A DNA stretch of 64,000 nucleotides from Eledone cirrhosa. Its lineage: Eukaryota. Position numbers and translations under genes: made by a program. The stretch covers positions 76,322,001 to 76,386,000 of the forward strand of contig OZ024746.1 in the NCBI GenBank assembly GCA_964016885.1, in the 5' to 3' direction. Of the stretch, positions 1 through 12,200 are shown in pieces. Numbering within the stretch: position 1 is the first letter of the stretch; the number at the start of each line of letters is the position of its first letter. The notes under the pieces were generated by a model. That model ran no database searches. It was given only the letters and a program-made list of their open reading frames with translations, and was not told where the DNA came from.

Positions 1-109
1 AGTTCCTTTTTGAGGGAATATTTTACAGCCAGATGCCTTTCCTGATACCAACCCTTTTAGTCATCTCTTAGGACACACGGTGATATAATGAAATGTTGAT
101 TGCTTTCAG

Positions 110-228
110 GTCTCCAACCATCTTTCAGTAGCTGGATTATTTTGACAGTTGATAGGCAAACGAAAGCTATGGTTGCTAATGGCTCAGAACTTGTTCAAAT
201 TGACCAAGGCGGACAGTATGAAGTAAAA
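110..228 (+). CDS. VPS16: VPS16 exon (..[40 protein letters not shown])
   Basis: tttcag acceptor, gtaagt donor, open frame. Confidence 0.85.
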
Positions 229-3200
229 GTAAGTTTTAACACTTTTGTTACCATAGTTTAAACAAAAATATACTTCTTAACCCTTTAACTTTTTCATTAC
301 TCTATATTTATTATTATGTTTTCACAGTAAATGTTTACCTCACATAATATCGAATCTACAAGATTTTGATATTATTTATTTTGAGAACAATACCTTAACA
401 TAAGTATGAGCAGCTGGTTATGGCCAGTTTGAACAGAAAGAGGTGAGAGAATTCTGGCTGAATACAGCCGGTTTAAATGCAATAATTATTAGCAATAATT
501 ATGAGAGGTTTAGTGAAATAACTAACTTTCTATGCAATACTGGTTTCTAATTTTGACACAAGGTCAGAAATTTTGGGTGGGGAAGTGGAAAGTTCATTAT
601 ATCAACCCAATACTTGACTGGTACTTTATTTTATTGACTTTGGAAGGATGAAAAACAAAGTTGACCTTGTTGAGATTTGAACTCAGAATGTAAAGATATG
701 GAAAAAATACTGCTAAGCATTTGTTCACTGCTCTAATGACTCTGCCAATCCATTTTGTTGTACAACGCAATAATAAAAGAAAAATATTTAACTGCTGAAA
801 TTGCTAATCAGTGAACTAACAGGTGACTAAAAGGGTTGGTGAATTTTCCTGTAGCCATGTTCAGATAATATATATTTGTCTGTGGTTCAACAAAAAAAAC
901 TTTAATTTCAGATATTTATTCTTGAATATATAAACTGAATGACCACTTAGCAACATTGTTAGGGTGTCAGATTAAATTCTATGGTATTTGTTCCAGCTTA
1001 CTATGGTTTGAGTTCAAATCCTAGCCAGGTAAACTTTGCTTTCATCTTTGTAGGGTGAATGAATAAAGTACCAGTCAAAGTGAGGTGGTTTATTAGAATT
1101 ATTAAAGATGCTTTGCTGTATCTGATCTGACTCTGTGTGTTCTAAGTTCAAGTTCTACATTGAGTTGTAACTGATAGATAGTAACAGCCAGCAATAGATG
1201 TGGCCATCCATTGCAGTAAAGCAGCCATTAGAAAAAAGTTATGTTAAAATCAATGAAAGCACTGTTTCTATTGTCTGATTTGATGATCATCACCTTTTTC
1301 TTTTTCATAGTTTAAAATCTTTTTTTATTTATAGCCTTTTCCTCCTCCAAACTCGGCTGAAGCAAATGTGATTGACATGGCTTTATCTTCAAACAAGAAA
1401 TCTATTGCTTTGTATATGTCAACCGGCCTTATTTGGGTTGGAACTGTAGATCTCAAAGTAAGTCCAACAATCTTTTTTTTTATATCTTACTGCTGTGATA
1501 AATACAATTTTATATTTCCAGATTAATTATTTGTTTTACCTTTTTTTGTCACCATATTTCTAATGGAATATACAGCCTATAATTTTCAATTCATTTTTTA
1601 AATGATTTTTAAAAATTGAAGGATTTAGTAGGCTGGTGTTTAGAACATAACTTATGGAAATGTTCTTACAAAAAGTTATAATGGAAGGTTTAAATTTAAA
1701 CATGAACACTTTAAAGCAAATGGTTTTTCTTCATATAAGCAGGGGTGGTTTCAGGCAGGTTGATATCAAAAGGATTAAAGACATATTTTTAGTAATAATT
1801 TATTTTAAAGATATTTTTGCAAATTTGGGCAATTATTTTTTTACCAGTAGACTCTCTTTCAAATTTTAATCACTTAATTATAAAATAGGAAGCAACAAGT
1901 GCTATGATCTTCCAAAATCTTGAGGGTTTATTTCATTACTAAGATAGTATCTTAACATAAAGCATGTGATTTAGTGGCTATTGTGTTGGGTAGTATCTAA
2001 ACATATGATTCTAAGATAAAATTATATTGGAAGATTTTAATTTAAATAGGAACAACCAGAGCTTGTTTTGGCATCAAAATACTCTAATTATTTTTTTTTT
2101 TTTCAGACTAAACTATGGGAATTCAACACTAAAGGGGCACCCAAACCACTTTCATTTCTCTGGTAAATATTTCAGTTTCTCTTTCAAACTGTTATCAACA
2201 TATTGTTGCTGTGATATATTCATTATATATTTTATGTTATATGTACATATCAATACAGACGTGGTTTAGGTTGTTAAGAAGTTTGCTTTGCAAACGTAAT
2301 TTTGGATTCAGTCCCACTGCATAGCAACTTGGTTAAATGCCATCTAATGTTGACCATTGTGAAATTTCATAGACAAAAACAGCAGAAGCCTGTTGTATAT
2401 GTGTACATCATCATCATTGATTAACACCTGTTCTCTTTGGTAGCAAGGCTTAGACATGTTGTCACAGACTGGTGAGTACCCAAGTGAAGCCTCTCACCTC
2501 CAGGTGAGTTGGGGACCTGACATCTACAGAGTACATTTTATCATGGGACCAACATTAGGGAAGTTATGTCTTTGACATAGCCAAAGAGTCTTCCCAACTC
2601 TTTATTTGGTAGGTTTTCTATTATTAGATGTGCTTCATATCAGCCATCGCAGTGTTGTCCGACAAAGAAAAGTGAACAGCTTTAGTCTCCTTGTTATCAT
2701 ATTTCTAATGAAATATGATACGATTTTCAGTTAATTTTGAAAATAATCAAGAATATAACTTATTAAGCTTGTGTTTGAATCATAACAAAATTTTCTTACA
2801 CAAAATTATGGAGGAAACTTTAAATTTAAATAGTGCCGGTACCACAAGAAAATACAGCCAGTCCACTATAAAGGACATCCAGCTTTAGAAACCGTTTCAC
2901 AAATGAAACTTATGAGCAAAATATGGTCCCTCTGATCTGTCTGGTCTCATCATCATCATCATCATCATCAGGTTTAGCGTCCGTGTTCCACGCTTGCATG
3001 GGTTTGGACGGGGGTTTTCCCACTTGAGGCAAGAGTGTTTGTCTTGCTCGCATAGGACTGTCTGGCGGGTTTTCTACAGTTGGATGCCCTTCCTAACACC
3101 AACCACATTTACAGTGTGGGGCTGGGAGGTTTTTACCGTGTTGCCTACACGGCCACATTACAGCGTGGACTGTCTGGCGGGTTTTCTACAGCTGGATGCC

Positions 3201-6200
3201 CTTCCTAACACCAACCACATTTACAGTGTGGGGCTGGGAGGTTTTTACCGTGTTGCCTACACGGCCACATTTACAGCGTGGACTGTGTGTTTTTTTGTCG
3301 TGACACCTACATGTCAGACCATGACAACCTTTCTAACCCATTCAAGCATGGAAAATGGAAATAAAATATAGCGGAAATCTTTTCATCTGTGTCAAACAAC
3401 CCTGAGCACCTGTTTGAATTCCATGTGTCTAACACACGTGGGCATGCCTACAAAGTCAAAAAACAGCACAGCTCGCATGACTTTTGGAAACATTTTTTCA
3501 CACTCAGAGTTGCTGAAGCATGGAACAAACTACCTGCATCAGTTGTTAGCTGCCGAGACACTGCATCCTTTAAAACCTCCATGCTTCTTGAAATTCGCCA
3601 ACACTACACCTGAAATCCCCCTCCATACACATGCACACATGTATTTCATGACCCATACACTGTTCACTTTCCTGACATTTGTACATTATTCTATGTACTA
3701 TACATACACCTTTGACGAGTTGTACACAATAATTTCATTATTTTTTTTGGTTATAAAGATATGACAACCTCTCTATAATGCTGGTGCCATAATAAAAAGC
3801 ACTCAGTAGAGCATGGGAGTTTATGTGAGATGCAGACCCCTAGCCCATCTGAGAACTCCACAAAATACTGACTTGTTCTGTGACAATCTGTCCAACTCCT
3901 GCTAACAGGAAAAAAAGGCATTAAATGATGATAGTGATGGACAACTTAGAACAAACAGTTTTGTATCAAGGACAGTTTCAGGTTATTTGGTATCAGAAAG
4001 GTTAAACTAGTATCAAAAGTATCATAAATTCAACTTACCAACAGATTACATCTACTCAGAGCTTTAACTTATATGTTTTATTTAAATGTTTTCTTTTGTT
4101 TGTTTGCCAGGTGTGGTAATGGAGCTGTGGTCTGTCACTGGGATACTTTAATGTTAGTTATTGGACCAGATAAAAACCATATTTCATATCCTTTTCATGT
4201 CCATATTTCTGATGAAATAAGCTCTATTTTCATTAATTTATGCAGAAAAGAATTTTGAGGGATTTACTAAAATTATTTCATCACTATCTGGTGCTGTGTG
4301 GAAGTCATCTACAATGTCAGTTTCGACAGCACTGGCTGGCAACAGGTGAAGTCCCTGTGAGATTCGGTGGCCTTGGCCTCCAATCTGCATCAGATCTGGC
4401 ACAGACAGCCTACCTCTCCTCAATCACGTCCAGTGGCATTTTCATCAGCAAGGTTCTCAACAGGACTGCAGAATCTGGTGTGACCCAAGAACTGGAGCAA
4501 GCTCTGGCCAACTGGACCAGCAAAGGCTTCTCTGTCTGCCAGTATACAAATGTTCAACATAACTAGAACAAAATCAACTGCATGTCTACTTTCAGGTGGA
4601 TCGAGTCTAGATTGGACCAACACTGCCTCGCCTGCCTCCATTCTGCCTCGCAACCAAATAGCTGCACGTGGCTCAATTCAGTGCCTTCCTCATCAACTGG
4701 TACCCTTTTTGGTGGCAAGTGCACTCGCAATGGAGTAACCCAAAGCTTCAGCCTCCTCGTGTTTGAGTCACATAAATGCCTTTGTGGAGCTGTTGTCGAT
4801 GAGTTTAGCCTGCACCCATATCATGCCGCCAGAGTGCAGACCGGTTCCCCCAACATGCCACTCTCAATGACATGATAAGAAGGAGCCTCGACGCAGCTGG
4901 CTTCTCCTCACAACTGGAGCAGAAGGCATTGACCATGGTGTTGGTAAATGATCCGATGGAATTACCCTCTTCCTTTTCAAAGGAGGTTAATCCCCCATCT
5001 GGGACACGACATGCTGTGACATGTTTTCCGCTTCTAACTTAATCACCTCAGCCACAAACTCCAGTACCAGGCTCACAATGCCACTTCCTCTTTGCACCGA
5101 TCACTGTTGAGACCTCAGACGTCTTCAGACCCTAAACAGCTGACCTCCTCCGTAAAATTGGATCGATAGCAGCTTGTCTAAGGAAGGAGCCCCGTGAGGT
5201 GGGATGGCTATTGCAGCGTTTGTCATGGTCCATTGTTTGCAGAAATGCCTTTGCCATTTTGTCCATGGGTTGCAGCCAAAACACCACTCTGACCTAGGTG
5301 TAGAGTCTGTTACCCTCTCCGCTTCCCCCTTTCTTTCTTCTTTTGTTGTTCTAGTAGTCCTTGCTCTTAACTCATAGTTCTTGTACAAAATTATGTTGGA
5401 AAATTTCAATTTAGATATGAATCCTTTAAGATGGGTAGTTTTGTTTCCATCTACCTAATTTCACACAGAAGGTATTCATCAACCTGAAGCTATGGTAAAT
5501 GACACTTGCCCAAGATGCCATGCTCTGGGATTGAGCCCAAAACCTAATGATTGCAAAACAAACTTCTTAACCATTCAGCCATTTTTCATCCACAGTTTTA
5601 AGATAATAAATTCTTACAGTGGTGTATCATTTCTCCTTAACTCGGATTACCTACATGCTTGATGGTCCCGTTTATCTTGTTGAAGAAGTGGATGGAGTTA
5701 GAATTATTGGCAATATGCAACATGAATTCTTAGAGAAAGTTCCAGGTAATTATCTAAATTTTTAAAACTATTTCATTACCATATTTCTAATGGCATACAC
5801 CAGCTTTCAATTAGTTATTGAAGAATTTGGCAAGATTTTCTAAAGTTATTATTTCATTATTAAGATAGTATTAGTAATATAACTTATCAAAGGGTTTTTA
5901 TATTCGATTATATTGAGAGATTTTAATTTGAATTGGGTCGCTTTAAAATGGGTCGTTTTGTTTCATAGAACCAGAACTAGTTTTAGTTGGGTTGATATCA
6001 AAACGGTTAAATAGGTGGATTTTTAATTGTTTCTTCAATACATTCTTGATAATTTCTAAATAATATCAATAAATAAACAGCAATTGCAATTTGAAAAAAA
6101 TAGTCACCACAATGCAGATAACTATAATAATAGTTGAATAAATTGGGGTCCTCTGGAGATGGATAAAAGGGAATAGATACTCCTGTGGAGGAATCAAACC

Positions 6201-9200
6201 ACACATCTATCATATGCCAGGCAGGCATTTTTAACCATTATACTAAAAGGTCATTGACTGCTAATTACCAAAGTTTTAGAAGTTTAAATGGTAGCTAGAA
6301 GTAAGTCAACCAATCTTGTTTATAATTTGCAATGATTTTCTGTTCTCAGATGCGACATTAGATGTCTACAAAATCCTGTCTTTTGCTCCGGGTGCCATGT
6401 TACGGCAAGCTTCTAATGAATACCAAGTGAGTTACTGAAATATTTCAGTGTTATTACAGTATTTCTTTCTAATTGCTGGAGTTTATTTAGTTGTTGTTGG
6501 TTTTTCTTGAATGAACGAAAATGGGAGAGGAAGACAAACAATTATTTGCAGAAGATGATAGGATTAGAGCCAGTAATTAATGTTGGGTCATATATTGAGG
6601 AAGGATGAAGATGACTGGGTGTGAGGAGTGATGGGAATAGAGCTAGTGATAAATGCTGTGAAGAGAAATGGAATGAGATGGTTGGGTCATGTGTTGAGGA
6701 AGGATTAAAGTGACTTGGTGGGAGGAATAACAACAGTGATGAATGTTTTAATAATGAAATTATTGTGTACAGTGCTCAGGTGCACTACAACTCATCAAAG
6801 GTGCATGTATAGTACATAGAATAATGTACAAATGTCAGGAAAATAAACAGTGTATGAGTCATGATATAATAACAATAACAATAATGAAATATTGTGCACA
6901 GTGCCCAGGTGCACCACAACCCATCAAAAAAGTGCATGTACAGTACATAGGGCAATGCACAAACATCAGTAAAATGAACAGTGCACACATGTGTGCATGT
7001 GTATGGAAGGGGCACATCAGGTGTAGTTTTGGCGTATTTCGGGAAGCATGAGTGTCTTAAAGGATGCAGTGTCTCGGCAGCTAACAATTGACGCAGGCAG
7101 TTTGTTCCATGTTTCAGCAACTCTGAGCGTGAAAAAATGTCTGCGAAAGTCATGGGAGCTGTGCTGTTTTCTTATCTTGTAGGCATGTCCACGTGTGTTA
7201 GACACATGGAGATCAAAGAGGCGCTCAGGGTTGCAGTTGGCGAGATGGTTAAAAACTTTGTGGGTATTCACCAAGTCCACTGCCAGACGTTGGAGCTTCA
7301 ATGAATCCATGCCCAGGGAAGCAAGGCGTTCAGAGTATGGTAGGTGTCTGATGGAGGGTATGCGCTTGGTTGCACGTCTCTGAACAGTTTCCAGGAGGTC
7401 AATGTTCCGAGCAAGATAGGGGTTCCAGACTGATGATGCGAATTCCAAGTGTGGTCGCACCATAGCTGTATACAGTTTTAAATAGATGGCTGGAGAGCGG
7501 CTAACAAAGGTCTTGCTGAGTGATGCCAAGACACCCTCGGCCTTCTTGACAATCTTAGAGACATGCTTTGTCCAATGCAAATCGTTGCTGACAGTAATGC
7601 CTAGGTCACGTTCACAAGAGGACTTTTTGATGTCAGTGTTGTGGAGGGAGTATGTGGACGCTGGATTTTTCCTTCCAAAATGCATGGTGGTACACTTGTC
7701 CACAGCCAGCTTCAGTTGCCAGTCTGTGATCCATTGCTGCATTGTGTCCAGGTCTGATTGTAGGAAAGAGTTGTAAATTTCAGGATCAGTCCTTTTGATT
7801 TCAAGGTACAGCTTGATGTCATCTGCATATTTTAGTACCGTGGCATTCTGTAAGTTGGCATCTATGTCATTAATATATGCCACAAACAAAAGAGGACCAA
7901 GAACAGATCCCTGTGGTACACCAGATGACATCTCATATGGTGAAGAATGCTGTCCTAGAACCGTGACTACTTCCCTTCGGCTGAGAATGAAGGATTTCAG
8001 CCAGTCGAAAAGATCATCCCTCACACCCATTGCAAAGAGTTTTGCCATAAGTCTTTTGTGTGGCACAGAATTAAAAGCCTTAGCAAAGTCAAGGTAAACA
8101 ACATCCACCCATGAGCCGCTGTCAGTGATCCGGGTGATGTCCTCAAGGAACTCGATAAGCTGATCACAGCAGCTGGAGTTAGGGATAAATCCAAACTGTG
8201 ATGGCCGGATGAGGCTGTGAGAGCTCCAGAAGTTCCAAAGTGTTTCTTTGACACAGGATTCCATCAGTTTGGCCATACAGCTAGTAAGACTGACTGGACG
8301 ATAGTTGACAGGTGACATGCGGTTGCCCTTTTTGAACAGGGGAATGACACTGGCAGTTTTCCACTGCTCCGGAGTAGCACCATTGCTGAGACAGTATTGA
8401 AAGAAAAAAGAAAGCTGGCGCAAAAGGAAATCCCCGCCACGTTTGAGAAGCAGGTATGTCACACCATCAAGACCAGGGGAGGCATAGTTGCGCTTATTCT
8501 TAAGGTGACGTCGCAACATTGCAGGTGTAAATTCCATAGTTGTTATGGAATTTGATGTTAGAGATGGTGGAGATGGTACATTCTGGTTTTCAACAGTAAA
8601 AATACTTGCATAGCACTCAGCAATGAGTTCTGCGCATTCCTTGGGATCGTCAGTGATCTGGCTTGTGTGGGGATTGCGAAGAGGACCAACTGGAGAGTGA
8701 GGTCTCTGCTTTGAATGAACATATTTCCAGAACACGTTACTGTCAGGATTGGTTGCGATGCACTGTTCAAATTCAAGCACTGCCTTCTTTGTCACTTGCT
8801 TGAGATGGTTAGAAGATTTATTCCGCTTTTTTCTGTTGGCATCTGATCTATGCAGTTTATATTCCCGTTCAGCGTTCCGACGTTCTTTCCTGGCAAGTCG
8901 GACTGCTGAAGTTTCCCAGATTGCACTTTTGGGGTGGTTATTTTTCCGCTTCCGTGGCACTGATGCTGCACACGCTATCCATATTGAGTCCAGGATGCTC
9001 TGGAGTATAGAGTTCACATCTCCAGAGTTATACATCTCATGCCAGTTTGGGCGCTGTAGCTCAGTGCAGTACAAGTTCCAATCCGCCCTCTTCCAATCAA
9101 AGCAAGCAGATTGGAGATGGCTCTGGTTTTTGTTGCTGCCCTCAAGTGCCAGATTGGCAATGATCATAGCATGATCAGAGTCGCCTAGAGGTTCCTCAGT

Positions 9201-12200
9201 AGTACAACTGATAACCACTTCAGGAGTAGTGGTGAAGATCAGGTCCAAAGTGTTGTCACCTCTTGTTGGAGAGGTGACTACTTGTGACCAGTTTGAGTCC
9301 AGCACTAGTTCAAGGAAATCGTTTGCACCCTGTGGCCAACGAAAGGTTTCCCAATCGATCTCAGGATGATTGAAGTCACCTGCAATAAACACATAAGTGG
9401 CTGTTTTCTTGGCAGCAACTCTGAGGATATCGCAAAGCTGTGTGTCCTGATGGTAGTTTGGGGGGCGATAAACAACACCAAGCAGAAGTGTTGACATGGT
9501 CATACGTATGTCACAGAAAAAAACTTCTTCCTGTGATTCGTTCAAATCAACGCAAGGAATTACCGAAAAGTTTGAACGAACGTAGACCATCACACCACCA
9601 CCACGGCGGTTAATGCGGAAAAGGTTGTACCCAGTAATGGTGAAAACCCCATCACAGAGTAAGGAATGTGCCCATGTTTCCGTGACTGTGATGAAGTCAG
9701 GGTCGATGCTTCTGACGTAGGATTCGAACAGATGTATCTTGTTGCATAAACTGCGAGCATTTAAGGACAACAATTTGTACCCTGCTCGCAGTCTATGATG
9801 GTGTGTAGAGGGTGGCAGGTTGTTCTGGTTTAGTTTCCCAGAGTTGTAGCAGTTTTTACATTGCCAGTTATTGTGGGTAGATCACACTCAGACCAGCTGG
9901 TATCTCTCTTCCACGTTTCACCCGCCTTGACAAACCTCCAGATCTGCCCATCATCACGCAGACTGAAACTTTCATCTTGTGCTGAGTTCCGATTCAAGGA
10001 GGCTGCAGCACGTAGTTTTGGACGTACATGGGGTGGTAGGCCTGGGCGTGTTCGGAAGGTAATCCGATTTTCACGCCCAGCTTTAGCAGAGGCCAGATGA
10101 TATAAGGTTGCCTCTGCGGGGTCCGAGAAAGACAGCCTGATGAGTCTGGGTTTTGGACCAGGTCGACCAAGGCGGAGGGCACCCTTTGGGGGAACACAGC
10201 CTAGGTCTTTGGCCGAGCTGGCAGCAAATGCCTGAAGATCGGCCTTGTCCTCTGGTACCCCAATGGCAATCACTTCATGGGTAGCAGATTCCGCAGTCTT
10301 TTCAGTCTTTCCAGCAAGAGGTACAGGGAGATTCTTTAGCAAGGCATTCCGATAAGACCCCTCATTGTGGGGTCCTACCCGAATGCTTGCCTCTATTCCT
10401 GCAACTTCCCTTCTCAGAGCAGAAATCATTAGTTGCAGTTCCGCAAAATCTGTACTGGTCGGTTGTTGTTGTTGTTGTTGTTGCTGCTGCTGCTGTCGTT
10501 GTTGGTGATGATGTTCCTCCACGGGAATGGCAGGGGAGGACACAGTCGCAGGTTGTTGCTGTTGTTGTTGTTGGTGATGATGATGTTCCTCCACGGGAAT
10601 GGCAGGGGAGGACACAGTCGCAGGTTGTTGCTGTTGTTGTTGTTGGTGATGATGATGTTCCTCCACGGGAATGGTAGGGGAAGACACAGTCACCAGTTGT
10701 TGGTGTCGAGATGTACTGGGAGTGGAAGACATGGGTTGTTGTTGTTTCTGATGTTCTCCCACAGGAATAACAGTAGAAGCCAGTGTCATAGGTTTTTGCC
10801 GTTGTTCAGTAACAGTGGTAGAGGAAGACACAGTCATTGGTTTTTGTTGTTGTTGTTGTTTTTCAATAACATTAATAACATTCGTGGAGGCAGGCACACA
10901 GGCCAGACACTGAAAGGACCAGGATTTTAGCTGGACCATCTCCCATATTCCATCCATCATAGCATTATGGTGTCTCTTTTTTTGGCCTGGGATCCTCCGG
11001 AAGCCTGTGGCGCATTGAAGGCAGACAGAGATGCGACAGGTTCCACATTCGACCCAGCGATTACGGAACGAGTTTTCGGGTTCCGCACAGATATGGCAGA
11101 TGTGATTTTCTGGGCAATGTTCTATCTTGGGACATCGGCCGGTTTTGTCGCATATTTCATCGATGGATATCACCATGGCAATTTTGTTATTTCTACCCAT
11201 CCGTAGAAAAACACAGAATGTAAACAATATAGGTTTAGCGCACTTGATTACGATAGAAATAAAATGTCTGTTTTTTTGTGTATTTTGTTTCCGTTTTCCT
11301 AAATGTTGTGTGTGTACAGAAGAGTCTGAATTACATTACATGTAAACAAATAAATATGCTGCGTAAGTTAAATGAAACGTACTGTAGAAGGCAGTTGTTT
11401 ATTAACAGCGAAATAAGGTTTTTTTTTGTTTTTTTTTCCCCTGATACTGCTTCTTTATAGTAAACTTTCAGTAATATTTTTTTTTCCAAATTATTAACTT
11501 TCAGCTGCTAGTATATATATATATAATTAAAAGGTGTATGTGGGTTAGAAGCGAGGTCAATGTTAAGAAATATTTTACCAATGTAAATTGGTAAAATTGG
11601 CCGGTATAGTGTCTCACACGAAATAGTGTGGTTTCTTTTCACGTGTGTGTATATGCATATGGTATGTATCTGTATATAAATCTGTGTATATTGTTGTTTA
11701 TATGTTTTGTGGAGTACTTACTGCGATCCTTAAGGGACGTAGTGATTTGTTTTGTTTTTTTTTCCTTTTTTCCCCGTCCATGTCCACACGTGGTTTGTTG
11801 GCGAAAATCAAGTCAAATTATATATACTTCGTTAAGATAATTCTATCTTGAAACTGGTACTAGTTGTCAGGGAACAGTGAAAGTAATTGTGATAATGAAT
11901 ATTGTAATCCATCTGACATGTGTTTAAAGGGCAGTTTTTGGTGAAAATATTATATTTTGTTCGGTCAAGACGTGGTCAAGCGACCTTCCTTGTCGCCATG
12001 TTAACTTGAAGAGAAATAGAATGATGTGGTTGAGTCGTATTGAGGAAGGCTGAAAGTGACAGTAAGATCAGTAAAGGGAATAAGCCAGTGATGAATGTTG
12101 TGAAGAGAAATGTTGATATCTGTTAAAAATTATAGATATAAAACTTAGTAAATTGTGCTTTGTACATGCATTAGTTTTTACTGTAAAGTTTTATATTTAT

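Larger units (their letters stand above)
6748..12006 (-). mobile_element. Full-length CR1-group LINE (about 5.26 kb): about 780-nt 5'UTR, ORF1, ORF2, duplicated 3'UTR, (ATT)n tail; antisense in a VPS16 intron
   Basis: Two open ORFs; boundaries defined by the interrupted minisatellite unit (GAATGTT | TGAAGAGAAA); no TSD seen. Confidence 0.93.

Noticed and set aside
5611-5650. Alternative AG acceptor (TTCTTACAG at 5619) for the exon at 5651
   Set aside because: There is no matching GT donor at the upstream exon end, and the AT-AC signals with a perfect branch site give the correct frame.
7195-9174. Antisense ORFs conserved in both LINE copies (62-141 aa)
   Set aside because: Shadow frames of ORF2; conservation is trivial because the copies are nearly identical.
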